Assembly: GCA_963704705.1 (NCBI GenBank)
Contig: OY969931.1
Span: 780,001-812,000 of the forward strand
DNA length: 32,000 bases
DNA from: an uncultured bacterium
GTDB taxonomy: Bacteria; Patescibacteriota; Gracilibacteria; UBA1369; PNNO01
Direction of reading: 5' to 3'
Position 1 is the stretch's first letter. Each line of letters starts with the position of its first letter. Positions 9,875 to 18,899 of this stretch are shown one piece after another. Position numbers and translations under genes: made by a program. Below the pieces are notes generated by a model, which saw only the letters and a program-made list of their open reading frames with translations, was not told where the DNA came from and did no database searches.

Positions 9875-10753
9875 TTCATCAGGGCTGAAAATCCCTTCGT
9901 TTGTAATTATTTTATAAAAGAATTCTGAAGGAACGCGATCGTGAGAATATTTGGTTCGTTCGTATTCTATAGGCTTACTAATATGTGTACGTTTATGTTT
10001 GTGAATAAATATCTCTCCTCTTTTTGCTGATTTCCATAAACTGAATTTATCAGTTCCAAAAAACATATAAATCGGTGTTTTATGAAGCTGGAATTCCGAA
10101 ATCAAGCTTAATGCACCGGGATTCATAACAAACTCCTGAGTATCTTTTAAGGTAAGGGCTCCGTAAAAAACCATATCTATTTCATCCTGAACATGTGAAA
10201 GCATGTAAGCAGGAACTACGGTAAAAGGAATTTCAGCATTGTGAAGTCTTTCAATATTATCCTGGGTTTTTTTATAATCCTGCTCAGCGATAATGACATT
10301 AAATTTTTTCTTTTTATTTTTGTAATGTACCAAAACATCCTGAACAGTGTGGCTGTGATCGTGAATTAATATTGTTTTTCCTTCTACATCAATTTTTTCA
10401 GCATTTTTCAACAGTAAAGTTCTTTGTTTGCGAGAATATTTTAATGTTTCATTGATCTTTTTTAACGCGAGATCCTTCCAATTTTTATCATCTGAAATAT
10501 TACATACCTTACCTGTAATTTCCTTTTCCAGATAACCAAAATAGAACCTAAAAATTCCAAATTTTGGTTCTGTGTTTTTAACCATTTCAGCAAAGTCGTG
10601 ATACTGTTCGCAGAAATTTTCAAACTTTGAACCCTTAAAGGCTTTTATCGCATCAATTAAAGATAAAAGTACAAGTTCAGTGAGATCTCTTGTGCCCATA
10701 TCAACTTCAAGATCTCTCATTAAGTCCGAAAATATTTCAGTTTTGGATGTCAT
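9833..10753 (-). CDS. IF-2B (eIF-2B alpha/beta/delta-like) family protein; divergent ribose-1,5-bisphosphate / MTR-1-P isomerase-like
   Basis: 306 aa. By eye it aligns with archaeal R15P isomerase: GKTILIHDHSHTV..FNVIIAEQ..AEIPFTVVP..DMVFYGALTLKD..MNPGALSLI..IYMFFGTDKF..HDRVPSEFFYKIITNEGIF. Conserved TETRP-type residues are not obvious. Confidence 0.5.
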   Translation of the reverse strand: MTSKTEIFSDLMRDLEVDMGTRDLTELVLLSLIDAIKAFKGSKFENFCEQYHDFAEMVKNTEPKFGIFRFYFGYLEKEITGKVCNISDDKNWKDLALKKINETLKYSRKQRTLLLKNAEKIDVEGKTILIHDHSHTVQDVLVHYKNKKKKFNVIIAEQDYKKTQDNIERLHNAEIPFTVVPAYMLSHVQDEIDMVFYGALTLKDTQEFVMNPGALSLISEFQLHKTPIYMFFGTDKFSLWKSAKRGEIFIHKHKRTHISKPIEYERTKYSHDRVPSEFFYKIITNEGIFSPDELKEVFEKAYKENN

Positions 10754-10756
10754 ATT

Positions 10757-12055
10757 TTATAAAGTTGCAAAATACAAATAAGCACTGCAAACAAGTAAAA
10801 TTCCAATTGTTAACGGAAAGCTGAATTTTAAATAGTTAATAAAACTGATATGCACGCCGTTCTTCTTGGCTATATCAGCTGAAATAACATTCGCGGATGC
10901 TCCGATCAAAGTTCCATTTCCTCCAAGACAGGCTCCAAGCGAAAGCGCCCACCATAAAACAGTCGTATCGATTAACGGAAATTGAGCTTGTATACCTATT
11001 ATCACCGGAATCATAACTGTTACAAACGGAATATTATCAAGAACCATTGATACAATTCCTGAAACCCATAAAACAATTAAAGACAATAAAAATAAATTTG
11101 AAGTTGAATTCGCCACCATTTGGCTTAAATCTTCAAGTACACCTGTTTTTTCAATACCGCCAACCATCACAAATAAACCCGCAAAAAATAACAAAGTACT
11201 CCATTCAACTGATTTAAAAGATTCATGAATGCTTATCTTTTTGGTTGTTAAAATTGCCAAAATTATTGCTGCTGTAAATGCAATCACATAATTTGGAAGC
11301 TGCAAATAACTTTGCATCATAAAGCCAATAATTGTAACAGACAAAGCAATAACTACTTTTACAACAAAGTCTTTATGAATTGTTTTTTTAACAAATTTCA
11401 TTTTAACTTTTCTGATAATTACATTGGCAATAGTTAAATCAATAAGTTTATCAGAAATAGGTTTTATCGCCTTCCAGTTAACAAATATAAAAACACCAAG
11501 TGTAAACAAAATAACAGCTAAAATCGGCATCCACAGATTAGCAAGGAAATCCATAAAATTTAAATGGGCTGCACCACCGATAATAATATTCGGCGGATCA
11601 CCTATTAAAGTAAGCGCGCCACCTATATTCGAAAATATAATCTCGGCAAAAATGTAAGGTTTTGGATCTTTACCCATACCTTTAACCAATTCGATTGTTA
11701 AAGGAACAATTAAAATAACCGTGGTAACATTGTCTAAAAATGCTGAAAATACAGCTGTTAAAATTGAAAAGAACAAAAATATAGCGAGTGGATTGCCTTT
11801 TGTAAAAGCCGCTATTTTAACATTGAGCCATTCGAAAATTCCGCTTTTTGAAGCTATATTCACAAGTAGCATCATTGCCATTAAAAGCAAAATTGTTTCA
11901 AACTGAATTGCCTCTATTGCTTCTTCCGGGCTGAGAATTCGCAAAATCACCATTAACAAAGCTCCCAATAAAGCTGTAAGTGATTTATCAAATTTTTCAA
12001 TAACTATGAAAATGAATGCGAGTCCGAATATTCCGAGGGCGATGTATTCCAACAT
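10757..12055 (-). CDS. ArsB/NhaD-superfamily (CitMHS-like) ion/anion permease
   Basis: 432 aa with about 11-12 TM helices. Motifs FLDNVTTVILIVP and GDPPNIIIG / LDNIPFV are typical of this permease superfamily. Confidence 0.7.
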   Translation of the reverse strand: MLEYIALGIFGLAFIFIVIEKFDKSLTALLGALLMVILRILSPEEAIEAIQFETILLLMAMMLLVNIASKSGIFEWLNVKIAAFTKGNPLAIFLFFSILTAVFSAFLDNVTTVILIVPLTIELVKGMGKDPKPYIFAEIIFSNIGGALTLIGDPPNIIIGGAAHLNFMDFLANLWMPILAVILFTLGVFIFVNWKAIKPISDKLIDLTIANVIIRKVKMKFVKKTIHKDFVVKVVIALSVTIIGFMMQSYLQLPNYVIAFTAAIILAILTTKKISIHESFKSVEWSTLLFFAGLFVMVGGIEKTGVLEDLSQMVANSTSNLFLLSLIVLWVSGIVSMVLDNIPFVTVMIPVIIGIQAQFPLIDTTVLWWALSLGACLGGNGTLIGASANVISADIAKKNGVHISFINYLKFSFPLTIGILLVCSAYLYFATL

Positions 12056-12090
12056 TTGAATGAATTACTTCTCGATTACAGATCTTACAC

Positions 12091-12624
12091 CTATTTATAT
12101 AACTCTTCAACATCAGATCTTACAAGATCTCTTAGAGTATCTGCGGTGTCAAAATCGACATGTTCATCAGGTTCTTCTCTATTATCATGAGCAATTGTTG
12201 TTTTAATAAGTGAAAGATAATAATTTCGTAAACGTTTATCTGGAAGTAATTCTCTTTTTGTATTTAATAAAATTATTAACAATCCCAATTCATGAAGATT
12301 TCTTCTTTGAACTGCTATTTCAATAAGATTATTGAACAATTCAAATAAATTTCTTTCCAAATAATCTTGTGCAATTTCATCTGCAGGAAATCTCATTTCC
12401 AAAAGATGAGTATTAATTTGTTTATGTGCTTCGGAATCTGAAGTTTGAACAGATTGAGCATCACTGCGATCAATCAAACTTCTTTTATAAATAGTTTCAA
12501 GCAATTCCATTATCTTAGCTATTTCCGTCATTTCTGTTATTTCACCAGCCCAATATGCCAGACTGTGTTTATAACCTATTCCTTGGCATACTAGTGGGTT
12601 TTTTCTTTGATTTTCCATAAACAA
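12091..12624 (-). CDS. hypothetical protein
   Basis: 177-aa ORF with native composition. Probably co-transcribed with 12692-13258. Confidence 0.45.
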   Translation of the reverse strand: MFMENQRKNPLVCQGIGYKHSLAYWAGEITEMTEIAKIMELLETIYKRSLIDRSDAQSVQTSDSEAHKQINTHLLEMRFPADEIAQDYLERNLFELFNNLIEIAVQRRNLHELGLLIILLNTKRELLPDKRLRNYYLSLIKTTIAHDNREEPDEHVDFDTADTLRDLVRSDVEELYK

Positions 12625-12691
12625 AGATTAAGAGTATGTATTTATATCCCTTTTTGGAGTTTTTGTCAAGGTTTGTTTTGGAAGTTGATGT

Positions 12692-13258
12692 TTATTCTTC
12701 GGAATCTTCTTCTTCGTCATCAGTGTCCTGGGATTCTATAAAATTTCTTTTTGAAGCTAATTTCTCTAAAAGCTTTGCATTAAATTCTTTTTCAAGCAAT
12801 TTTATATTTGGATTTTCGCCTTTTGATAAAGGAATAATTAAATATTTTATAACTAAACTTGCCACTGCAATTCTGTTCACGGCAAATTTATTAAAATTAA
12901 ATTCTGGGAATGCGTCACGAATTATTGCATCAACAAATCTCCACCAGCTAAGTTCTTTACCGCAATATTGCAGTTTTTTACTGTATGGAGGATTACTCAA
13001 TGAAAGTTCATCAGGGTTTTCAATGCCGCAAATTTCCATAAATCCATGAACTTGCTCTCTAACTCTTTTTTCAATAGATTCCATTGCCAATCTATTAAAT
13101 TTACATTTAGTATATCTTTCTAAAGTTCCGACAATTCTTCTGTTTAATTCTATGGCAGTAATTCTTTCTTCTTCATCTTCTTCAATTTCCGGAATTTCTT
13201 CTTCAATTTCTTCAAACCCATCCGGATCCAAACTGAATTGATCTTCAATATCACCCAT
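12692..13258 (-). CDS. hypothetical protein with highly acidic N- and C-termini
   Basis: 188-aa ORF. The antisense ORF 12636-13049 is low-complexity Ser/Phe and is rejected. Confidence 0.45.
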   Translation of the reverse strand: MGDIEDQFSLDPDGFEEIEEEIPEIEEDEEERITAIELNRRIVGTLERYTKCKFNRLAMESIEKRVREQVHGFMEICGIENPDELSLSNPPYSKKLQYCGKELSWWRFVDAIIRDAFPEFNFNKFAVNRIAVASLVIKYLIIPLSKGENPNIKLLEKEFNAKLLEKLASKRNFIESQDTDDEEEDSEE

Positions 13259-13388
13259 ATAAATAAATTAATGTTGGGACTTTTTATAAATGATTTAAGC
13301 AAAAAAGTCAATGCCGAAATTATAAGATGACATCCAGGTATCTTACCGCTATAATTTAGCCAACCCCTCAATAATTAACCCCTCTTAA

Positions 13389-14810
13389 ATGAAAAAGCTT
13401 ATTCCAATGCTAATGATTTTAGCTTTGCTGGTTTCGCAAATGCAGATTAGTTTTGCACAAACCCAAGGTTTTAATGTTATTAATTCGGTTGTCTCAATTA
13501 ATACATATAATGATACAGGCAATGATGAGCTTGAATGGATGGGTTCGGGCAGCGGGACAATCATTAGTGATGATGGAATGATTTTGACCAATTATCATGT
13601 TTTGGTTGATGAAAACGATGAATTTGTTGATTATATTGAACTTTGTTATACGCTTAGCGAATTTGAGCCGCCATATTGTCTTGAAGACGCTTATGTTTTT
13701 GAATATAACGCTGATATGGATTTGGCTTTGCTGTACCCTTTTATGCGTTATGATTATGAAACCGGAGAATATTATGAATTAACTGAAGAAGATTATCAGG
13801 GATATCCTGCAATTACTTTCAGATCAAACACTGTTACTGCCGAAGAGCTACCTGCACTTCGTGAACGTATTGAAATTTTGGGATATCCGGGTGCAAGTCT
13901 CACAGGGAATATTGTTGTTACAGAAGGTATTGTTACCGGTTATTTAACTGTTTCAACAAGCGATGTTTTAAAAGAAGCCAAAATTGATATTAACAGTGAT
14001 CTTTACGATCAAATGCTTGAGCTGTTTGGTTCAACAATGACACTTGGAATTGAAACCGATGCAACAATTAATCCCGGTAATTCAGGCGGTGCTGCGATTG
14101 ATTCCGACGACAGATTTGTGGGAATTCCGACTTATTTCAGTGTTGGAGGTGAAGCAGGACAATACGGATATGTTATACCGACCAATGTAATTAATCTATG
14201 GCTTAATCAGTTGGTTGCTGAAGGAAAGCTCCCTTTTAACCCAAGCATGTATATTTATGATAATAATGGGTTTGATGAGCTGTTTTTGTTTTTGGATGTT
14301 GATGATACACACCCGAATTATGATGCAATCAAATACCTAAAAGATAATTCAATTATTAATGGATATCCTGACGGAAGTTTTCAGCCTGAAGGAGAAATAA
14401 CAAGAGCTGAACTTATGAAAATTTTGGCTCTGGCAACAGGAATCGAGATTAGTCCTGATGAATATAATAATTGCTTCCCTGATGTTACCGATGACTGGTA
14501 CGCAAAATATGTTTGTTACGCAAAACAGCAGGGCTGGGTAGAAGGTTATCCTGACGGCACTTTTAAGCCAGGCAATAATGTAGTTAAAGCAGAGGCAATT
14601 AAAATGGTCTTAAATACGCAAGGTATTGTTTTGGATCCGGTGGGAAGCGTTAAACCTTTTAATGATGTTGAACTTGGTGATTGGTTCGCTCCGTATGTTG
14701 TTACAGCAAAAAACCTTGGAATTCTGGAAGAAAACGGAATCAAATATAATCCGGGCAATAATGCTACCCGCGGAGGTGTAAGTGAAAATATTTACAGGGT
14801 AATTAAGTAG
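13389..14810 (+). CDS. secreted trypsin-like (S1) serine protease with three C-terminal SLH domains
   Basis: Signal peptide, then catalytic-triad contexts LTNYHV (His), DLALL (Asp) and GNSGGAAID (Ser). Three SLH-like repeats follow (FLDVDD..INGYPDGSFQP..ITRAE; FPDVTDDWYAKYV..GYPDGTFKP; FNDVELGDWFAPYV). Confidence 0.8.
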   Translation: MKKLIPMLMILALLVSQMQISFAQTQGFNVINSVVSINTYNDTGNDELEWMGSGSGTIISDDGMILTNYHVLVDENDEFVDYIELCYTLSEFEPPYCLEDAYVFEYNADMDLALLYPFMRYDYETGEYYELTEEDYQGYPAITFRSNTVTAEELPALRERIEILGYPGASLTGNIVVTEGIVTGYLTVSTSDVLKEAKIDINSDLYDQMLELFGSTMTLGIETDATINPGNSGGAAIDSDDRFVGIPTYFSVGGEAGQYGYVIPTNVINLWLNQLVAEGKLPFNPSMYIYDNNGFDELFLFLDVDDTHPNYDAIKYLKDNSIINGYPDGSFQPEGEITRAELMKILALATGIEISPDEYNNCFPDVTDDWYAKYVCYAKQQGWVEGYPDGTFKPGNNVVKAEAIKMVLNTQGIVLDPVGSVKPFNDVELGDWFAPYVVTAKNLGILEENGIKYNPGNNATRGGVSENIYRVIK

Positions 14811-14820
14811 AATCTACTCT

Positions 14821-14935
14821 ATCCCGGGAGGAGATTTGACCGTAGGCGATTTTTGGTGCGCGGTAGGTATACCAGGCCCGGGCCGGAATTAGACCCAGTA
14901 CTATTTTTGATGCGCAGTAAGATTACTTTCACGGG
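14821..14935 (+). repeat. REP/BIME-like composite repeat, copy A (2 subunits)
   Basis: Subunit 1 (14823-14873) is cccggg-agga-gatttgacc-gtag-GCGATTTTTGGTGCGCGGTAGGTATACC. Subunit 2 (14877-~14932) is cccgggccgg-aattagaccc..ctatttttgatgcgcagtaagattac. The 28-nt block is identical to those in copies B and C. Confidence 0.85.
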
Positions 14936-14951
14936 GATGAAATAATCAGCC

Positions 14952-14979
14952 TTGACTTTTTTCTAAAATATAGTACAAT
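14952..14979 (+). promoter_or_regulatory. putative sigma70 promoter of the GC-rich cassette
   Basis: TTGACT (14952-14957) - 16 nt - TACAAT (14974-14979), in AT-rich DNA just downstream of repeat copy A. Confidence 0.5.
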
Positions 14980-15078
14980 ATTATTCTTTGCTTAAATATC
15001 TATTTTGGATTGTTTGAGCAACGCTTATTTGAAAGAACAGCGAACAAAACCACAACACCCCAACGGGAGGAACAACAG

Positions 15079-15657
15079 ATGGGAAAACTCAGCATGTTTG
15101 TGATGATCGTCGTGATGGTCGCCAACGTCTTCGGATGCAGCAGCCGGAACGTGGGAGAACGTCAGCCCATGCCCGCGAGCACCATGGCGGTGCTCGATCG
15201 GATCGACGACTGCGACGACAGGTACTGGATCTACGCACGCAACCGCGATGACGACGCCTATGCCGCATGCCTCGAGAACCCGCCGGTGAGTCAATCTCAG
15301 TGTGCACTCGACTACGATGCAGCCAAGGAGCAGTCATGGAACGCCTACGAAGACTGCCTCATCAACCTGCCCATAGTCTCGCACGACTGCGTCCTGCAGC
15401 TCCAGCCCTTCAGCCAGGAGCAGGACACCGACGGCGACGGCGTCGAGGACTTCTGGGAGTACCAGATGGGCCTGAACCCCTGCGAGCCGTGTAGCTACGG
15501 CGGTACCCCCGGCGTGGACTGCGACGGTGATCTCGACTACGATCGGGATCCGCGCAACAACGCCGATGACACCAACCCGATCTGCGGGATGCTGTGGGAC
15601 GACGCGTGGCACAACGAGAACGCGGACTACGGCCTCAACGACGGCGGCTGCGTCTAG
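15079..15657 (+). CDS. foreign high-GC lipoprotein, Cys/Asp-rich with thrombospondin-type-3-like Ca-binding motifs
   Basis: Start ATG at 15079 is preceded by GGGAGG 8 nt upstream. Signal peptide plus lipobox (MVANVFGCSS). DTDGDGVEDFWEYQMGLNP and DCDGDLDYDRDPRNNADD motifs. Codon third positions are overwhelmingly G/C. The track ORF start at 15010 is probably an upstream extension. Confidence 0.7.
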   Translation: MGKLSMFVMIVVMVANVFGCSSRNVGERQPMPASTMAVLDRIDDCDDRYWIYARNRDDDAYAACLENPPVSQSQCALDYDAAKEQSWNAYEDCLINLPIVSHDCVLQLQPFSQEQDTDGDGVEDFWEYQMGLNPCEPCSYGGTPGVDCDGDLDYDRDPRNNADDTNPICGMLWDDAWHNENADYGLNDGGCV

Positions 15658-15686
15658 CAGCCGGTTCGCAACCTTTCAACAACCAG

Positions 15687-15719
15687 GGTGCGGCGCTTCG
15701 ACCTTCGAAGCGCCGCACC
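15687..15719 (+). terminator. GC-rich 15-bp perfect hairpin (terminator-like, no U-tract)
   Basis: ggtgcggcgcttcga-cct-tcgaagcgccgcacc lies 30 nt after the stop codon and marks the right edge of the high-GC island. Confidence 0.6.
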
Positions 15720-15757
15720 TCTTGCCTATATCTGCAAAATTGTTCTACACTATAAAT

Positions 15758-16336
15758 ATGATAAAAAAAATCATCTCAATTCTCGCATTATTTTGCGTTA
15801 TAGCAAGCCTCTCGGGCTGCAACTTATATAACCGCGATCATTTAAGCATTTATAATCCCGACCGCATCACAAAAAAATGGTTCGGCACTTATGTTGAGCC
15901 AGGCAACTCCCCTGTTGAACCTGAAAAATTCAAAGGTTATCACACAGGCGTTGATTTTGAGACTTTTGAAGATGAGCAGAATATCGATGTTCCTGTTTAT
16001 GCCATTTGCGACGGACCGATTGCACGAAAAGTTATTGCACAGGGCTATGGTGGTGTTGTCGCTCAATCATGCATCATCAACAATGAAAAAGTAACGGTTG
16101 TTTACGGCCATCTGGATATATTAAGCGTTACCAACGATGCTCAGGAAGTGCTTACATTCGGTGATTTTATTGGAAATTTGGGTGAAGGATTCACGAATCA
16201 AACAGATCACGAACGAAAACATCTTCATTTAAGTATTCACAAAGGTATTGAAGTAAATTTACTTGGCTATGTTCAAACACCCGAAGAATTATCAGAATGG
16301 ATTGATCCCTTGGATATTTTAACTTTAAAAATATGA
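15758..16336 (+). CDS. M23/LytM-family peptidase lipoprotein
   Basis: Real start is probably ATG at 15758 (MIKKIISILALFCVIASLSGC lipobox). Has YHTGVDFE and HLHLSIHKG metal-binding motifs. The track ORF from 15527 is an artefactual extension through high-GC DNA. Confidence 0.75.
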   Translation: MIKKIISILALFCVIASLSGCNLYNRDHLSIYNPDRITKKWFGTYVEPGNSPVEPEKFKGYHTGVDFETFEDEQNIDVPVYAICDGPIARKVIAQGYGGVVAQSCIINNEKVTVVYGHLDILSVTNDAQEVLTFGDFIGNLGEGFTNQTDHERKHLHLSIHKGIEVNLLGYVQTPEELSEWIDPLDILTLKI

Positions 16337-16716
16337 AAAATCATACAAATTTATGGCTGATTATTCTTGTTGTTATTCTTACCGCATTGATGACCACTGC
16401 AGCATTATTACTTTGGCAAAATCAACAAAACCCAACACCTTCTCAAAATGGCAGCTGGGTAACTTACGAAAGCCAAAACGGGTTCAGCTTCCAGCATCCA
16501 AAAGGTTATGGAGTTAATGAAACCATTGATCCGGAAGACCCTGAGAATACCATTGTTCATATTGTTAAATTAGATGAAAATGGTGAGTTCGAGCAGGTTC
16601 CGCCTTCATTACAAATCAATGTCTCGCCAAGTTCAGTTTCGTTTTCGCTTTGGGAAGGTGCTAAATGGGATGGATATCCTGAAATTATAGGAACTTTTAA
16701 ATTCGCAAGCAATTGA
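16333..16716 (+). CDS. hypothetical membrane-anchored protein
   Basis: 127 aa with a single N-terminal TM helix. Overlaps the M23 gene stop (ATGA). Confidence 0.5.
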   Translation: MKNHTNLWLIILVVILTALMTTAALLLWQNQQNPTPSQNGSWVTYESQNGFSFQHPKGYGVNETIDPEDPENTIVHIVKLDENGEFEQVPPSLQINVSPSSVSFSLWEGAKWDGYPEIIGTFKFASN

Positions 16717-17865
16717 TTAATCTATCAACAAATTAATGATTACGGAATTATGTTTGAATGATTCAACAATAGCTTCTTTAAACTTTCTTATGGCTTCAAT
16801 TGAATAAGGTTTACCTGTTCTTTTTGTGTTTCCCCAACTATTTGCAATTTGTTTTAAAGTTGCACTGGGTTCTTCAAAAAAATAACGCATTGTTATATAA
16901 AAAGCTAAATCTCGATCAAGACTTCTATATCCCACCTGTGAAAAATCAAAATTATAAATTTGTTCCGTTACTTCCTGCCGAAGCTTTCTTTGAAAATCAT
17001 CTTCTTCAATTTTTTCAAATTCAGGACAATCTAAACCAACAACATTGTGAAAACTTTTTCTTGAATCATCACCGTCAACAGGTGCATCTAAATGCAAAAT
17101 TCCTCTCCCTGAACTTTCTGATCTCGAAACCATATTAATAGGATAATGGAGAGTATTTAAATTTTTATAAATATAACCTGATACATAAGATCTTATCCAA
17201 TTATAAGCTGAGGTTGAAAATCTATATCCAAACCTTGGATTGTATTTTATTACTGCTTTTCTTAAACCCAAAATGCCTTCGTTGTGTAAATCTTCATAAG
17301 AAAAAGTACCATTTATCACATATTCTCCATAAAGCTGCATAATAACTTTTCGTATAAGCATCTCATTTTCCTGAATTATACTATTAATAGATTCAGTGTC
17401 GCCTCTTCTCACTTTTTCCCAGATTTCATTTTCTTCATCAGTCAAATTCAGATTTTTTTTTGAGGAAGTTAAGACATTTGTAACCGTATTAAAATTACAA
17501 CCGAATATTTCGTTGGTAAAAGTGTTTGCCATACCAGGTTTTGGATATCTTTGTTTTTTTGATCGAACAAAATCCTTAAGTTTTCCCTTAAGTCCGGAAT
17601 CAACCTGATATTCATAAAAATCCAAAACAAACCTTACTTTTGCATCTGCTTCAGCAATGATATCTTCATCATCTTCATCAACCAGACCTTCCTGAACAAA
17701 ACTAATTGCATCACTAACAAGTTCTCTTAAAAACTGCAGATCCTCAGCATATTTTAATTCAGCGGAAAGCGCTGATTCCGGCATATCTTCTGCACCGCTT
17801 TCAGTTAGCTTAGGCTGCTGAATTTCATAATTTAGATTAACCATATTAGTGTCCGAATTTTGCAT
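16717..17865 (-). CDS. divergent sigma-70 family RNA polymerase sigma factor with long acidic N-terminal region
   Basis: Region 2 aligns with RpoD: DLHNEGILGLRKAVIKYNPRFGYRFSTSAYNWIRSYV..HYPINM versus [43 protein letters not shown]. The region 3/4-like C-terminus (LDAPVDGDDS.., ATLKQIANSWG..SIEAIRKFKEAI) carries an insertion. Confidence 0.75.
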   Translation of the reverse strand: MQNSDTNMVNLNYEIQQPKLTESGAEDMPESALSAELKYAEDLQFLRELVSDAISFVQEGLVDEDDEDIIAEADAKVRFVLDFYEYQVDSGLKGKLKDFVRSKKQRYPKPGMANTFTNEIFGCNFNTVTNVLTSSKKNLNLTDEENEIWEKVRRGDTESINSIIQENEMLIRKVIMQLYGEYVINGTFSYEDLHNEGILGLRKAVIKYNPRFGYRFSTSAYNWIRSYVSGYIYKNLNTLHYPINMVSRSESSGRGILHLDAPVDGDDSRKSFHNVVGLDCPEFEKIEEDDFQRKLRQEVTEQIYNFDFSQVGYRSLDRDLAFYITMRYFFEEPSATLKQIANSWGNTKRTGKPYSIEAIRKFKEAIVESFKHNSVIINLLID

Positions 17866-17881
17866 ATAAAAGGTGCGCAGG

Positions 17882-18631
17882 TCAAAAAGTATCGAGATCT
17901 TCTTTTAAAAGACCCATCTGATTATTCCGCTTAAGTTTTAACATAAATAATGAAAAATAAATATTCTCGTCTAGTCCTTCCATTAATAATTTTTCAATTA
18001 GTTCATCCGGATTCAAAGGCTGTGATGTTTGTTCATCTAAAATTTCATCTCCAATTGTTTCGCAAATTCTTAACTGGAGTGATTCTGTGGGCTCATCAAG
18101 AGATTCAGCATATTCTTGCTTTGTTTTATTATAGTACTCAATATCTTCATCATCTAGATATTCCATTAATTCTGGAGGTAGGGATCTTCCTTCAATACAT
18201 AATTGTATAAGAATATTTCTTCTAAAAGTATGTTTAAATTTTTCAAGAATAAATTCATTCAAATCCAATTCCCCTGTTTCAACATTTCCGCCAACATACA
18301 TATATATATTTAACAAGAAAAACGCTTTAACCCTAATAATAGTATTAATTCTAATAAAAGAATCGAAATCATCATCAAATTCCGTTATCCGCTTCCATAA
18401 ATCAAAAAAATCTTCATTTGAAAGTTGAGATTCTTCAAAAATATCAAGATCCGGCAAAGCCATTTCCAAAATATCAGCTTGAGGCATTAATTTTAGTTGA
18501 TTTATATCAAAACTTAAAAAATATTTTTCAATATCTGACTTTAGCTGTTCATTATCACCTGCAATTATTTCAGCATATATTGTAATAAGACTGTTTACCG
18601 GTGTTTCAATATTGGGCTCTTCAGTATTCAT
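17882..18631 (-). CDS. hypothetical acidic helical protein, upstream gene of the sigma-factor operon
   Basis: 249-aa ORF ending 16 nt upstream of the sigma gene on the same strand. No family recognised. Confidence 0.5.
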   Translation of the reverse strand: MNTEEPNIETPVNSLITIYAEIIAGDNEQLKSDIEKYFLSFDINQLKLMPQADILEMALPDLDIFEESQLSNEDFFDLWKRITEFDDDFDSFIRINTIIRVKAFFLLNIYMYVGGNVETGELDLNEFILEKFKHTFRRNILIQLCIEGRSLPPELMEYLDDEDIEYYNKTKQEYAESLDEPTESLQLRICETIGDEILDEQTSQPLNPDELIEKLLMEGLDENIYFSLFMLKLKRNNQMGLLKEDLDTF

Positions 18632-18708
18632 AATATTTATTTAAATCGGCTATTTATTTTAACTTGATATTCTATTTTGTCAAGATTCCGAAAGTTTACT
18701 ATTGCCAA

Positions 18709-18863
18709 TCCTCCCGGGAGGAGATTTGACTATAGGCGATTTTTGGTGCGCGGTAGGTATACCCGGCCCGGGCCGGCGTTTGACCTCGGTTCATTTTAGT
18801 TGCGCTGTATGCGAAAGTGGTCACGTGACCACTTTTTTTAGAAAAATTTAATCTAAATTTAAT
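18709..18863 (+). repeat. REP/BIME-like composite repeat, copy B (2 subunits + terminator + conserved tail)
   Basis: tcctcccgggaggag palindrome, then atttgac..GCGATTTTTGGTGCGCGGTAGGTATACC, then the ccggcccgggccgg palindrome, then gtttgacctcggttcattttagttgcgctgtatgcg, a hairpin and tagaaaaatttaatctaaatttaat. 18736-18863 matches 21485-21613 apart from 1 indel and 1 substitution. Confidence 0.9.
18814..18839 (+). terminator. intrinsic-terminator-like hairpin inside repeat B
   Basis: aaagtggtc-acgt-gaccacttt followed by a T-run (7 Ts in total from the end of the stem). The core gtggtcacgtgaccac is a perfect 16-nt palindrome, so it could equally be a protein-binding site. Confidence 0.5.
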
Positions 18864-18899
18864 GATTGGCAGGTATTATTTGGCCATAATATTTAATTA

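Noticed and set aside
14846-14873. GGTGCGC in the conserved block resembles the XerC arm of E. coli dif (GGTGCGCATAA)
   Set aside because: Only 7 nt match and there is no TTATGTTAA-like XerD arm at the expected 6-nt spacing. That is insufficient to call a dif/pdif site.
15010-15757. Overlapping ORFs in the high-GC island (15025-15294-, 15089-15337-, 15267-15494+, 15334-15612-), the 15010 start, and the 15527 N-terminal extension of the M23 gene
   Set aside because: Long stop-free frames on all strands are expected in ~60%+ GC DNA. Only the frame with SD, signal peptide, lipobox and strong GC3 bias is credible. The M23 gene has its own lipoprotein start at 15758.
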